A stretch of 64,000 nucleotides of DNA, taken from NCBI GenBank assembly GCA_009914755.4, contig CP068257.2, positions 8,832,001 to 8,896,000 of the forward strand. The letters are read 5' to 3'. Made by a program: the position numbers and the translations under genes. The notes beneath the pieces are model-generated. The model saw only the letters and a program-made list of their open reading frames with translations, was not told the origin of the DNA and searched no databases. Source of the stretch: the human T2T-CHM13v2.0 reference genome, Homo sapiens. Positions 25,601-44,426 of this stretch are shown in pieces (position 1 is the stretch's first letter; each line of letters starts with the position of its first letter).

Positions 25601-28600
25601 ATAAAACTAGACAGAAGAATTCTGAGTGAGAAACTTCTTTGTGATGTGTGCGTTCATCTCACAGAGTTGAACCTTTCTTTTGATTGAGCAGTTTGCAAAC
25701 ACAATTTTTGTAGATTCTGCAAGTGGACATTTGGAGTGCTTTGCGGCCTATGGTAGAAAAGGAAATATCCTCACATAAAACCTAGACAGAAGCAATGTGA
25801 GAAACTTCTTTTTGATTTGTGCATTCATCTCACAGAGTTAAACATTTCTTTTGATTGAGCAGTTTTGAAACACTCCTTTTGTGGAATCTGCAAGTGGACA
25901 TTTGGAGGGCTTTGAGGCCTATGGTAGAAAAGGAAATATCTTCACATAAAATCTAGACAGAAGCAATCTGAGAAACATCTTTGTGATGTATGCATTCATC
26001 TCACAGAGTTAAACCCTTCTTTGTTTGAGCAGTTTTGAAAATCTTTTTTTATAGAATCTGCAAGAGGACATTTTGAGGGCTTTGAGGCCTTTGGTGAAAA
26101 AGGAAATATCTTCACATAAAACTAGACAGAAGAATTCTGAGAAACTTCTTTGTGATGTGTGCATTCATCTCACAGAGTTGAACCTTTCTTTTGATTGAGC
26201 AGTTTGGAAACACAATTTTTATAGATTCTGCAAGTGGACATTTGGAGCACTTTGCGGCCTATGGTAGAAAAGGAAATATCTTCACATAAAACCTAAACAG
26301 AAGCAATGTGAGAAACTTCTTTGTGATGTGTGTATTCATCTCACAGAGGTAACCCTTTCTTTCAATAGAGCAGTTTAGAAATGCTCTTTTTGTAGGATCT
26401 GCAAGTGGACATTTGGAGCGCATTTAGTCCTGTGGTGGAAAAGAAAATATCTTCACATAAGTACTAGACAGAAGAATTCTGAGAAACTTATTTGTGATGT
26501 GTGCATTCATCTCACAGAGCTGAACCTTTCTTTTGATTGAGCAGTTTGGAAACACTCTTTTTGTGGAATCTGCAAGTGGTCATTTGGAGCGCTTTGCGGC
26601 CTAAGATAGAAAAGCAATAACTTCACATAAAATCTAGACAGAAGCAATCTGAGAAACTTCTTTGTGATGTGTCCATTCATACCACAGAGTTAAAACTTTC
26701 TTTTGATTGAGGAGTTTTGAAACTCCCTTTTTGTAGAATCTGCTCATGGACACTTGGAGGGCTTTGAGGCCTATTGTGGAAAAGGAAATATCTTCACATA
26801 AAAACTAGACAGAAGAATTCTGAGAAACTTCTTTTTGATATGTACGTTCTTCTCACAGAGTTGAATCTTTCTTTTGATTGAGCAGTTTTGAAACTCTCTT
26901 TTTGTAGAATCTGCAAGTGGACATTTGGAGCGCTTTGAGGCCTATGGTGGAAAAGGAAATATCTTCACGTAAAAACTAGATAGAAGCATTCTGAGAAACT
27001 GCTTTGTGATGCGTGCATTCATCTCCCAGAGTTGAACGTTTCTTTTGATGGACCAGTTTTGAAATACTCTTTTTGTATAATCTGCAAGTGGACATTTCGA
27101 GCGCTTTGTCTCCTATTGTGAAAAAGGAAATATCTTCACTTAAAATCTAGACAGAAGCAATCTGAGAAACTTCTTTTTGATGTGTGCGTTCATCTCACAG
27201 AGTTAAAACTTTCTTTTGATTGAACAGTTTTGAAAATCTCTTTTTGTAGTATCTGTAAGTGGACATTTGGAGTGCTTTGAGGCCAATGGTAGAAAAGGAA
27301 ATCACTTCACATAAAAACTAGACAGAAGAATTCTGAGAAACTTATTTGTGATGTGTCCATTCATCTCACAGAGTTGAACCTTTCTTTTGTTTGAGCAGTA
27401 TGGAAACACCCTTTTGGTAGAATCTGCAGGTTGACATTTGACGTCCTTTGAGGCCTTGGTTGAAAAGGAAATATCCTCACATAAAATCCAGACAGAAGCA
27501 ATCTGGGAACCTTCTTTGTGATGTGTGCATTCATCTCCCAGAGTTAAACCTTTCTTCTGATTGAGCAGTTTTGAAACTGTCTTTTTGTAGAATCTTCAAG
27601 TGAACATTTGGAGTGCATTTAGTCCTGTGGTGGAAAAGAAAATATCTTCACATAAAAACTAGACAGAAGAATTCTGGGAAACTTCTTTTATAAGCGTGCA
27701 TTCATCTCACAGAGTTGAAGCTTTCTTTTGATTGAGCAGTTTGGAAACACTCTTTTTGTAGTATCTGCAAGTGGACATTTGGAGTGCTTTGCGGCCTGCG
27801 ATAGAAAAGGAAATATCTTCACATAAAATCTGGAGAGAAGCAATCTGAAAAACTTCTTTGTGATGTGTGCCTTCATCTCAAAGAATTAAACCTTTCTTTT
27901 GATTGAGTAGTTTTGAAACACACTTTTTGTGGAGTCTGCTAATGGACATTTGGAAGGCTTTGAGGCCTATGGTGGAAAAGGAAATATCTTCACATAAAAA
28001 GTAGACAGAAGAATTCTGAGAAACTTCTTTGTTACATGTGCGTTCATTTCACAGAGTTGTACCTTTCTTTTGATTGAGCAGTTTGGAAACACTCTATTTG
28101 TAGAATCTGCAAGTGGACATTTGGAGCGCTTTATGGTAGAAAAGGTAATATCTTTACATAAAATCTAGACAAAAGCAAACTGAGAAACTACTTTCTGATG
28201 TGTGCATTCATCTCACAGTGTTAAACCTTTCTTTTGATTGAGGAGTTTTGTAGCTCTCTTTTTGTAGAATCTGCAAGTGGACATTTGGAGAGCTTTGGGG
28301 CCTATCGTGGAGAAGAAAATATCTTCACATAAAAACTAGACAGAAGAATTTTGAGAACCTTCTTTGTGATGCGTGGGTTCATCTCACAGAGGTCTATGGT
28401 AGAAAAGGAAATATCTTCACTTAAAATCTAGACAGAAGCAATTGGAGAAACTTCTTTGTGATGCGTGCATTCATCTCACAGAGTTAAACCTTTCTTTTAA
28501 TTGAGCAGTTTTTAAACTCTCTTTTTGTAGAATGTGCAAGTGGACATTTGAGGCGCTTTGTGGCCTATGGTAGAAAAGAAAATATCTTCACATATCTAGA

Positions 28601-29000
28601 CAGAAGCAATCTGAGAAACTTCTTTGTAATCTGTGCATTCTTCTCACAGAGTTAAGCCTTTCTTTTGATTGAGGAGTTTTGTAACTCTCTTTTTGTAGAA
28701 TGTGCAAGTGGACATTTGTGCCACTTTGAGGCCTATGGTGGAAAAGGAAATATCTCCACATAAAAACTAGACAGAAGAATTCTGAGAAACTTCTATCCAA
28801 TGTGTGCATTCATCTCACAGAGTTGAACATTTCTTTTGATAGAGCAGTTTTGAAACACTCTTTTTGTAGAATCTGCAAGTGGATATTTGGAGCCCTCTGA
28901 GTCCTATTGTGGAAAAGGAAATATCTTCACATAAAAACTAGAGAGAAGCATTCTTAGAAACTACTTTGTGATGTGTCCATTCATCTCATGGAGTTGAAAC
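25600..29000 (+). repeat. Alpha satellite, dimeric 'gaattctgagaaac/gcaatctgagaaac' subfamily (same family and orientation as 8331-12195)
   Basis: 'agaagaattctgagaaac' alternates with 'agaagcaatctgagaaac' (25610, 25790, 25960, 26130 and onward). The type-specific downstream motifs match those in 8331-12195 ('gagttaaacctttc...ttgaggagttttgaaactctc' versus 'gagttgaac...cagtttggaaacactc'). Confidence 0.8.
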
Positions 29001-30449
29001 TTTCTTTTGATTAAGCAGTTTGGTAACAGTATTTTTGTAGCATCTGCAAAGGTATAATTGTGATTCCTTTATGGCCTATGGTTAAATAGGAAATATCTTC
29101 ACATAAAAACTAAACAGTAGCTTTCTGAGAAACTTCTCTGTGGTGTGTGATTTCATCTCACAGAGTTGAACAATTCCTTCAATTGAGAAGGTTGGAAATA
29201 GTCTTTTTGTACAACCTGCAAATGGATATTTGCTGCTCTTTGAGGCCAATGGTGAAAAAGGAAATATCTTCACATAAAAATTAGACGGAAGCATTCTGAA
29301 AAACTTCTTTGTGACGTTTGCATTCATCTCACACAGTTGAACATTTCTTTGATCGGAGATTTGGAAACAGTCTTTTTGTAAACTCTACAAAGGGATAATT
29401 GTGAACCCTTTTAGGCCTATGGTGAAGTAGGAAATATCTTCATATAAAAACTACACAGAAACATTCTGAGAAAGTTTTTTGTGATGGGTGCATTCATCTC
29501 ACAGAGTTGAAGCTTTCTTTTGCTAGAGCAGTTTGGAAACAGTCCTTTGTAGAATCCCCAAAGGGATAATTCTGAGCCTATTGAGGCCTTTGGTGATGTA
29601 GGAAATATCTTCACATAAAAGCTAGACAGAAGCTTTCTGAGAAACTTCTTTTAAATGAGTGCTTTCATCTCAAAGAGTTGAGCATTTCTTTTGACTGAGA
29701 AGTTTGGAAACACACTCTTTTCAGAATCTGCAAATGGATAATTGGAGCACATTGAGGCCTATAGTGAAAAAGCAAATATCTTCACATAAAAACTAAACAG
29801 AAGCTTTCTGAGAAACTACTTTGTAATGCGTGCATTCATCTTACAGAGTTTAACCTTTCTTTTGATTGAGCAGTTTTGAAACTCTCTTTTTGTGGAATCT
29901 GCAAGTGGACACTTGGAGTGCTTTGACTTCTATGGTGGAAAGGGAAATATCTTCACATAAAAACGAGAGAGAAGCATTCTGAGAAACTTCTTTTTGATGT
30001 GTGCATTCAGCTCACAGAGTTATATCTTTCTTTTGGTTGAACAGTTTTGAAACTCTGTTTTTGTAGAGTCTGCAGGTGGACATTTTGAGCGTTTTGAGGT
30101 CTATGTTGGAAAAGGAAATATCTTCACATAAAAACTAGACAGAAGCACTCTGAGAAACTTCTTTGTGATGTGTGCATTCATCTCACAGAGTTGAACCTCA
30201 CTTTTGATTGAGCAGTTTGGAAACACTCTTTTTCTTGAATCTGCAAGTGGACATTTGGCACGCATTGTGAACAATGGCAGAAATGGAAATATCTTCACTT
30301 AAAATCTAGACAGAAGCAATCAGAGAAACTTCTTTGTGATGTGTGCATTCATCTCACAGAGTTAAAAGTTTCTTTTGATTAAGCAGTTTTGAAACTGCCT
30401 TTTTGTAGAATCTGCAAGTGGATATTTGGAGCGCTTTGAGGTCTGTGTT

Positions 30450-33400
30450 GGAAAAGGAAATATCTTCACGTAAAAACTAGACACAAGCATTCTCAGAAAC
30501 TTTTCTGTGACGTGTGCATTAAACTCACAGAGTTCAACATTTCTTTTGATAGAGCAGTTTTGAAACACTCAATTTGAAGAATCTGCAAGTGGACATTTTG
30601 AGCGCTTTGAGGCCTATGGTGAAAAAGGAAATATCTTCACATAAAAATTAGACAGAAGCATTCTCAGAAACTTCTTTGTGATATTTGCATTCAACTCACA
30701 GAGTTGAACATTCCCTTACATAGAGAAGTTTTGAAACAGTCTTTTTGTAGAATCTGCAAATGTATATGTGGAGCTCTTTGAGGCCTTCGGTGGAAACGGG
30801 AAATTCTTCACATAAGAGCAAGACAAGCACTCTCAGAAACTTTTTTGTGATGTGGTACATTCAACTCACAGAGTTGAACCTTCCTTTTAATAGAGCAGTT
30901 TTGAAACACTCTATTTGTGGAATCTGCAAGTGAACAATTGGAGCACTTTGAGGCCTGTGGTGGAAAAGGAAATATCTTCACATTAAAACTAGACAGAAGC
31001 ATTCTCAGAAACTTCTTTGTGATGTGTGCATTCAATTCAGAGAGTTAAACCAACCTTTTGATAGAGCAGTTTTGAAACACTGCTTTTGTAGAATCTGCAA
31101 CTGGATATATGGAGCCCTTTGAGGCCTATGGTAGAAAAGGAAATGTCTTCATATAAAAACTAGACAGAAGCATTCTCAGAAATTTCTTTGTGATGTGGCA
31201 TTCAAGTCACAGAGTTGGACCATCCTCTTCATAGAGCAGTTTTGAAACAGTCTTTTTGTAGAATCTGCAAGTGGATATTTGGAGCGTTTGGAGGCCTATG
31301 GTGGAAAAGGAAATATCTTCACATAAAGAGTAGAAAGAAGCATTCTCAGAAACTCCTTTGCTATGTGTCCATTAAACTCAGAGTGCTGAACCTTCCTTTT
31401 GATAGAGCAGTTTTGAAACACTCTTTTTGTAGAATCTGCAAGTGGACATTTGGAGCGCTTTGAGGTATATGGTAGAAAAGGAAATATCTTCATATAAAAA
31501 CTAGACAGAAGCATTCTCAGAAACTAATTTATGATGTGTGCATTCAACTCAGACGGTTGAAACATTCTTTTGATAGAGCAGTTTTGAAAAGCTCTTTTTG
31601 TAGACTCTGCAAGTGGATAGTTGGAGTGCTTTGAGGCCTAAGCTGGAAACGGGAATATCTTCACATAAAAACTAGACAGAAGCATACTTAGAAACTTCTT
31701 TGTGATGTTTGCATTCAACTCAGAGAGTTGAACTTTCCTTTTGATGGAACAGTTTTGAAATACTCTTTTTGTAGAATCTGCAATTGGATATTTGGAGCGA
31801 TTTGAGTCCTATGGTAGAAAACGAAATATCTTCATATAAAAACTAGACACAGGTATTCTCAGAAACTGCATTGTGATGTTTGAATACAACTCACAGAGTT
31901 GAAAATTTCTTTTGATAGAGCAGTTTTGAAACACACTTTTTGTAGAATCTGCAAGTGGATATGTGGAGCTCTTTCAGGCCTATGGTAGAAGGGGAATACC
32001 TTCACATAAAAAAGAGACAGAAGCATTCTCTGAAACTTCTTTGTGATGTGTCCATTCAACTCAGAGAGTTGAACCTTACTTTTGATAGAGTAGTTTTGAA
32101 ACACTCTTTTTGTAGAATCTGCATGGGAATATTTGGAGTGCTTTTAAGTCTGAGGTAGAAAAAAATATCTTCATATAAAATCTACACAAAAGCATTCTCA
32201 GAAACTTCTTTGTGATGTGTGCACTCAAGTCACAGTGTTGAACATCTCTTTTGATAGAGTAGCTTTGAAACACTCTTTTTGTACAATCTGAATGTGGACA
32301 TTTGGGGAGCTTTGAGGCCTGTGGTAGAAAAGGAAATATCTTCACATAAAAACAACACAGAAGTATTCTGAGGAACTGCTTTTTGATGTGTGCATTCAAC
32401 TCACAGAGTTGAACCTTTCTTTGATAGAGCAGTTTTGAAACACTCTTTTTGTAGAATCTGCAAGTGGACATTTGGAGCGCTTTAAGGTCTGTGTCGGAAA
32501 ACGCAATATATTCACATAAAAACTAGACAGAAACATTCTCAGAAACTTCTTGGTGACGTGTGCATTCAACTCACAGAGTTGAACCTTTCTTTTGATAGAG
32601 CAGTTTTGGAGCACGCTTTTTGTAGAATCTGCAAGTGGACATTTGGAGTGCTTTGAGGCCTGTGGTGGAAAAGGAAATATCTTCACATAAAAACTAGGCA
32701 GAAGCATTCTCAGAAACTTCTTTGTGATGTGTCCATTCAACTCACAGAGTTGAAACTTTTATTTGATAGAGCAGTTTTTAAAAACTCTTATTGAAGAATC
32801 CGCAAGTGGATATTTGGAGCGCTATGAGGCCTATGATGGAAAAAAAATTATCCTCACATGAAAACCAGACAGAAGCATTCTCAGAAACTTTTTTGTGTTG
32901 TGTGTATTCAACTCACACAGTTAAACATTTCTTTTGGTAGAAGAGGTTTGAAACACTCTTTTTGTAGAAGGTGGAAGTGGATATTAGGAGCGCTTTGAGG
33001 ACTATATTGGAAAAGGAAATATCTTCACAAAAAACCAGACAGAAGCATTCTCAGAAACCTCTTTGTGATGTGTGTATACAACTCACAGAGTTGAACCTTT
33101 CTTTTCATTGAGCAGTTTTCAAATACTCTTTTTGTAGAAACTGCAAGTGGATATTTGGATAGTTTGAAGCCTATGGTGGAAAAGGAAATATCCTCACAAA
33201 AAAAAACAGACAGAAGGATTCTCAGAAAATTCCTTGTGTTGTTTGTATTCAACCCACAGAGTTTAAACTTTTCTTTGATTGGGCAGTTTTGAAACACTCT
33301 TTTTCTAGAATCTGTAGGTGGATATTTGGAGTGCTTCGATGACTACGGGAGAAGAGGAAATGTCTTCACATAAAAACTAGACAGAAGCATTCTCAGAAAC

Positions 33401-36400
33401 TTCCTTGTGACGTGTGCATTAAATAACAGTGTTGAACCATTGTTTAGAAGAGCATTTTGGAAACACTTCTTTTTTTTAGAAAATGCAAGTGGATATTTGG
33501 AGCGCTTTGTGGCCTATGGTGGAAAAGAAAATATCTTCACATAAAAACTAGACAGAAGTATTCTCAGCAACTTCTTTGTGATGAGTTCATTCAATTCAGA
33601 TAGTTGAACATTTCTTTTGATAGAGCAGTTTTGAAACAAACTTTCTGTAGAATCTGCAAGTGGCTATTTGGAACACACTGAAGCCTATGGTGGAAAAGGA
33701 AATATCTTCACATAAAAGCTAGACAGAAGCATTCTCAGAAACTTCTATATGATGTATGCATTCAACTCACAGAGTTGAACCTTTCTTTGATATAGCAGTT
33801 TTGAAACACTATTTTTGTAGAATCTGCAATTGGATATTTGGAGCGCTTTGATGCCTATGGTGGAAAAGGAAATATCCACACATAAAATCTAGACAGCAGC
33901 ATTCTCAGAAACTTGTTTGTGTTGTGTGCATTCAACTCACAGAATTGAAACTTTTCTTTGATTGAGCAGTTTTGAAAAAGTCTTTTTGTAGAATCTGCAA
34001 GTTGATATTTGGAGCAGTTTGAGGCCTATGGTGTAAAAGGAAATATCTTCACATAAAAACTAGACAGAAGCATTCTCAGAAACTTCTTTGTCATGTGTGA
34101 ATTCAACTCACAGAGTTGAACCTTTCTTTCGTGGAGCAGTTTTGAAACACTCTTCTTGTAGAATCTGCAGGTAGATATTTGGAGCGCTTTGAGGCTTATG
34201 GTGGAAAAGGAAATATCTTCACATAAAAACTAGACAGAAGCATTCTCAGAAACTTCTTTGTGATAAGTGCATTCAACTCACAGAGTTGAACCTTTCTGTT
34301 GATAGAGCAGTTTTAAAACACTCTTTTTCTGGATTGGGAAAGTGGATATTTGGAGCACTTTGAGGCCTATAGTGGAAAAGGAAACACCTTCACAAAATAA
34401 CTAGAGCAGAAGCATTCTCAGAAAATTCTTTGTGATTTGTGCATTCAACTCAGAGTTAAACCTTTCTTTGATAGAGCAGTTTTGAAACACTCTTTTTGTA
34501 GAATCTGCAATTGGATATTTAGAGCTCTTTGATGCCTATGGTGGGAAAGGAAATATCCGCATATAAAAAGTAGACAGCAGCATTCTCAGAACCTTGTTTG
34601 TGTTGTGTGCATTCAACTCACAGAGTTGAACTTTTCCTTTGATTGAGCAGTTTTGAAAAAGTCTTTTTGTAGAATCTACAAGTGGATATTTGGAGCAGTT
34701 TGAGGTCTATGGTGTAAAAGGAAATATCTTCACATGAAAACTAGACAGAAGCATTCTCAGAAACTTCTTTGTGATGAGTTCATTCAATTCACATAGTTGA
34801 ACATTTCTTTTGATAGAGCAGTTTTGAAACACTCTTTCTGTAGAATCTACAAGTGGATATTTGGAGCACATTGAAGCCTATGATGGAAAAGGAAATATCT
34901 TCACATACAAGCTAGACAGAAGCATTCTCAGAAACTTCTTTGTGTTGTGTGCATTCAACTCACAAAGTTGAACTTTTCCTATGATTGAGCAGTTTTGAAA
35001 CACTCTTTCTGAAGAATCTGCAAGTGGATATTTGGAGTGCTTTGAGGTCTATGGTGGAAAAGCAAACACCTTCACAAAAAAAACTAGAGCAGAAGCATTC
35101 TCAGAAACTTCTTTGTGATGTGTGCATTCAACTCACAGAGTTGAACCTTTCTTTGATAGAGCAGTTTTGAAACACTCTTTTTGTAGAATCTGCAATTGGA
35201 TATTTGGAGCTCTTTGATGCCTATGGTGGAAAAGGAAATATCCGCACATAAAAACTAGACAGCAGCATTCTCAGAAACTTGTTTGTGTTGTGTGCATTCA
35301 TCTCACAGAGTTGAAACTTTCCTTTGATTGAGCAGTTTTGAAAAAGTCCTTTTGCAGAATCTGCAAGTGGATATTTGGAGGCTTTGAGGCCTATGGTGTA
35401 AAAGGAAATATCTTCACATAGAAACTAGACAGAAGCATTCTCTGAAACTTCTTTGTGATGTGTGCATTCAACTCACAGAGTTGAACCTTTCTTTTGTAGA
35501 GCAGTTTTGAAACACTCTTTTTGTAGAATCTGCAATTGGATATTTGGAGCTCTTTGATGCCTATGGTGGGAAAGGAAATATCCGCACATAAAAAGTAGAT
35601 AGCAGCATTCTCAGAAACTTGTTTGTGTTGTGTGCATTCAACTCACAGAGTTGAACCTTTCCTTTGATTGAGCAGTTTTGAAAAAGTCTTTTTGTAGAAT
35701 CTACAAGTGGATATTTGAAGCACATTGAAGCCTATGATGGAAAAGGAAATATCTTCACATACAAACTAGACAGAAGCATTCTCAGAAACTTCTTTGTGAT
35801 AAGTGCATTCAACTCACAGAGATAAACCTTTCTGTTGATAGAGCAGTTTTAAAACACTCTTTTTCTGGAATCGGAAAGTGGATATTTGGAGTGCTTTGAG
35901 GCCTATAGTGGAAAAGGAAACACCTTCACAAAATAACAAGAGCAGAAGCATTCTCAGAAACTTCTTTGTGATTTGTGCATTCAACTCACAGAGTTGAACC
36001 TTTCTTTGATAGAGCAGTTTTGAAACACTCTTTTTGTAGAATCTGCAATTGGATATTTGGAGCTCTTTGATGCCTATGGTGGGAAAGGAAATATCCGCAC
36101 ATAAAAAGTAGATAGCAGCATTCTCAGAAACTTGTTTGTGTTGTGTGCATTCAACTCACAGAGTTGAACCTTTCCTTTGATTGAGCAGTTTTGAAAAAGT
36201 CTTTTTGTAGAATCTACAAGTGGATATTTGAAGCACATTGAAGCCTATGATGGAAAAGGAAATATCTTCACATACAAACTAGACAGAAGCATTCTCAGAA
36301 ACTTCTTTGTGATGAGTGCATTCAACTCACAGAGTTGGACCTTTCTGTTGATAGAGCAGTTTTAAAACACTCTGTTTCTGGAATCCGAAAGTGGATATTT

Positions 36401-39279
36401 GGAGTGCTTTGAGGCCTATGTTGGAAAAGGAAATATCTTCACATAAAAACTAGACAGAAGCATTCTCAGAAACTTCTTTGTGCTAGGTGCATTCAACTCA
36501 CATAGTTGAACCTTTCTATTGATAGAGCAGTTTTGAAACACTCTTTTTGTAGTATCTGCCAGTGATTATTTGGAGTGCTTTGAGGCCTACGGTGGAAATG
36601 GAAATATCTTCAAATAAAAACTAGGCAGAAGCATTGTCAGAAACTTATTTGTGTTGTGTGCATTCAACTCACAGAGTTGTACTTTTCCTTTGATTTAGCA
36701 GTTTTGAAAAAGTCTTTTTGTAGTATCTGCAAGTGGATATTTGGAGCACTTTGAGGCCTATGGTGGAAAGGAAAAACCTTCACAAAAAAAACTGGAGCAG
36801 CAGCATTCTTAGAAACTCCTTTGTGATGTGTGCATTCAACTCACACTATTGAAACTTTCTTTAGATAGATCAGTTTTGAAACACACTTTTTGTTGAATCT
36901 GCAATTGGATATTTGCAGCGCTTTGAGGCCTATGGTTGAAAAGCAAATATCCTCACGTAAAAACTAGACAGAAGCATTCTCAGAGACTTGTTTGTGTTGT
37001 GTGAATTCAACGCACAGAGTTGAACCATTCCTTTGATTGAGCAGTTTTGAAACACTCTTTTTGAACAATCTGCCAGTGGATATTTGATGCGCTTTGATGT
37101 CTATGGTGTAATAGGAACTATCTTTACATAAAAACTAGACAGATGCATTCTCAGAATCTTTCTTGTCATATGTGCATTCAACTCGCAGTGTTGAACCTTT
37201 GTTTTGAAGAGCAGTTTTGAAACACTTTTTTTTTAGGATCTGCAGGTGGATATTTGGAGTGCTTTGTGGCCTATGGAGGAAAACAAAATATCTTCACATA
37301 AAAAGTCGACAGAAACATTCTCAGAAACTACTTTGTGATGAGTGCATTCTATTCAAAGAGTTGAACGTTTCTTTTTATAGAGCAATTTTGAAACACTCTT
37401 TTCGTAGATTCTGCAAATGGATTCTGGAGCGATTTGAGGCCTATGTTGGAAAAGTAAATATCTTCACATAAAAACTTGACTGAAGCATTCTCAGAAACAT
37501 CTTTGTGTTGTGTGCATTCAACTCACCGAGTTGAATATTTCCTTTGATTGAGTAGTTTTGAAACACTCTTTTTGTAGAATCTGTAAGTGGATATTTGGAG
37601 CGATTTGAGGCCTATGGTGGAAAAGATAATATCTTGACATAAAAACTAGACAGGAGCATTGTCAGAAACTTCTTTTTGATGTGAGCATTCACATCACAGA
37701 GTTGAAGATTTTTTTTTTGGATAGAGTAGTTTTGACACACTCTTTTTCTAGAATCTGAATGTGGATATTTGGAGCGTTTTGAGGCCTATGGTGAAAAAGG
37801 CAATATCTTCACATAAAAATTAGGAGCATTCTCAGAAACTTCTTTGTGATCTGTGCATTCAACTCACAGAGCTGGTACTTTCTGTTCATAGATCAGTTTT
37901 GAAACACTCTTTTTGTAGAATCTGCAAGTGGATATTTGGTGGGTTTGAGGCCTTTGGCGGAAAAGGAAATATCTTCACATAAAAACTGGACAGATGCATT
38001 CTCAGAAACTTCTTGGTGATGAGTCCATTCAACTCAGAGAGTTGAACCTTCCTTTTGATAGAGCAGTTTTGAAACACTCTTTTTTTAGAATCTGCAAGTG
38101 CATATTTGGAGCGCTTTGAGGCCTACGGTGGTAAAGGAAATATCTTCACATAAAAACTAGAGAGAAGCATTCTCCGAAACTTCTTTGTGATGAGTGAATT
38201 CAACGCACAGAGCTGAACCTTTCTTTTGATAGAGCAGTTTTGAAACACTCTTTTTGTAGGATCTGCAAGTAGATATTTGGAGTGCTCTGAGGCCTATGGT
38301 GGAAAAGGAAATATCATCATATAAAAACCAGACAGAAGAATTCTCAGAAACTTCTTTGTGTTGTGTGTATTCAACTCACAGAGTTGAAATTTTCCTTTGA
38401 TTGAGCAGTTTTGAAACACTCTTTTTGTAGAATCTGCAAGTGGATATTTGGAGTGCTTTGAGGCCTATGGTGGAAAAGGAAACACCTTCCCATAAAAAGT
38501 AGAGCAGAAACATTCTTAGAAACTTCTTTCTGATGTGTTCATTCATCTCACAAAGATGAACCTTTGTTTTGTTAGAGCAGTTTTGAAACACTCTTTTTGT
38601 GGAATCTGCAAGTGGATATTTGGAGCGCTTTGAGGCCTATGGTGGGAAAGGAAATATCCTCACATAAAAATTAGACAGAAGCATTCTCAGAAACTTGTTT
38701 GTGTTGTGTGCATTCAGCTTACAGAGTTGAACCTTTCCTTTGATTGAGCAATTTTGAAACAGTCTTTTTGTAGTATCTACAAGTGAATATTTGGAGCACT
38801 TTGAGGCCTATGGTGGAAAAGGAAATATCTTCACATAAAAACTAGACAGAAGCATACCCAGAAACTTCTTCTGATGAGTGCGTTCTACTCACAGTGTTGA
38901 ACCTTTCTTTGAAAGATGAGTTTTGAAACACTCTTTCTGTGGAAACTGCAAGTGGATATTTTTAGCGTTTTGAGGCCTATGGTGGAAAAGGAAATATCCT
39001 CACATAAAAACTAGACCGAAGTATTGTCAGAAACTTCTTTGTGATATGTGCATTCAACTCACAGTGTTGAACATTTTTTTGATAGAGCAGTTTTGAAACA
39101 CTCTTTTTCTAGAAACTGAATGTGGATATTTGGAGTGCTTTGAGGCCTATGGTGGAAAAGGAAATATCCTCACATAAAAACTAGACAGAAGCATTCTCAG
39201 AAACTTTTTGGTAGTGTGCGCATTCAACTCACAGAGTTGAAATTTTCTGTTGATAGAGTAGTTTTGAAACACTCTTTTT
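30450..39279 (+). repeat. Alpha satellite, consensus-like 'gcattctcagaaacttctttgtgatgtgtgcattcaactcacagagttgaac' subfamily, with internal segmental duplications
   Basis: This is very close to the classical alpha monomer consensus. A 'gcaattggatatttggagc.ctttgatgcctatggtgg' marker monomer recurs at 31790, 33826, 34506, 35192, 35532, 36045 and 36901 with irregular spacing (680, 686, 340, 513, 856 bp). The block ends at about 39279 ('aaacactcttttt|cc'), where the L1 poly-T starts. Confidence 0.85.
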
Positions 39280-39511
39280 CCTTTTTTTATTTTCATTTAT
39301 TTATTATTATTGTACTTCAAGTTTTAGGGTACATGTGAACAATGTGCAGGTTAGTTACATATGTATACATGTGACATGCTGGTGCGCTGCAACCACTAAC
39401 TCGTCATCTAACATTAGTTATATCTCGCAATGCTATCCCTCCCCCCTCCCCCCACCCAAACAGGCCCTAGTGTGTGATGTTCCCCTTCCTGTGTCCATGT
39501 GTTCTCATTGT

Positions 39512-43370
<3,859 letters not shown>

Positions 43371-43483
43371 TTAGTTGATGCAGTTTCTTCCTAGTCTCGA
43401 TGGTCTTTACATTTTGGCATGATTTTGCAGCAGCTGGTACTGGTTGTTCCTTTCCATGTTTAGCGTTTCATTCAGGAGCTCTT

Positions 43484-44426
43484 TTAGGGCAGGCCTGGTG
43501 TGACAAAATCTCTCAGCTTTTGCTTGTATGTAAAGTATTTTATTTCTCCTTCACTTATGAAGCTTAGTTTGGCTGGATATGAAATTCTGGGTTGAAAATT
43601 CTTTTCTTTAAGAAAGTTGAATATTGGCCCCCACTCTCTTCTGGTTTCTAGGGTTTCTGACAAGATATCCGCTGTTAGTCTGATGGACTTCCCTTTGAGG
43701 GTAACCCGACCTTTCTTTCTGGCTGCCCTTAACATTTTTTCCTTCATTTCCACTTTGGTGAATCTGACAATTATGTGTCTTGGAGTTGCTCTTCTCGAGG
43801 TGTATCTTTGTGGCGTTCTCTGTATTTCCTGAATCTGAACTTTGGCCTGCCTTGTTAGATTGGGGAAGTTCTCCTGGATAATATCCTGCAGAGTGTTTTC
43901 CAACTTGATTCCATTCTCCCCGTCACTTTCAGGTACACCAATCAGACGTAGATTTGGTCTTTTCACATAGTCCCATATTTATTGGAGGCTTTGCTCATTT
44001 CTTTTTATTCTTTTTTTCTCTAAACTTCCCTTCTCTCTTCATTTCATTCATTTCATCTTCCATTGCTGATACCGTTTCTTCCAGTTGATCGCATCAGCTC
44101 CTGAGGCTTCTGCATTCTTCACGTAGTTCTCGAGCCTTGGTTTTCAGCTCCATCAGCTCCTTTAAGCACTTCTCTTTATTGGTTATTCTAGTTATACATT
44201 CTTCTAAATTTTTTTCAATGTTTTCAACTTCTTTGCCTTTGGTTTGAATGTCCTCCCATAGCTCAGAGTAATTTGATCGTCTGAAGCCTTCTTCTCTCAG
44301 CTCGTCAAAGTCGTTCTCCGTCCAGCTTTGTTCCATTGCTGGTGAGGAACTGCGTTCCTCTGGAGGAGGAGAGGCGCTCTGCTTTTTAGAGTTTCCAGTT
44401 TTTCTGTTCTGTTTTTTCCCCATCAT
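43484..44426 (-). pseudogene. L1 ORF1 (RNA-binding protein ORF1p), disrupted
   Basis: The N-terminal 110 aa (44094-44426, 'MMGKKQNRKTGNSKKQSASPPPEERSSSP...ELREECRSLRS*') stop prematurely. The C-terminal part resumes in another frame at 43484-43966 ('MKRPNLRLIGVPESDGENG...') and ends early ('...RDFVTPGLP*'). Confidence 0.95.
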
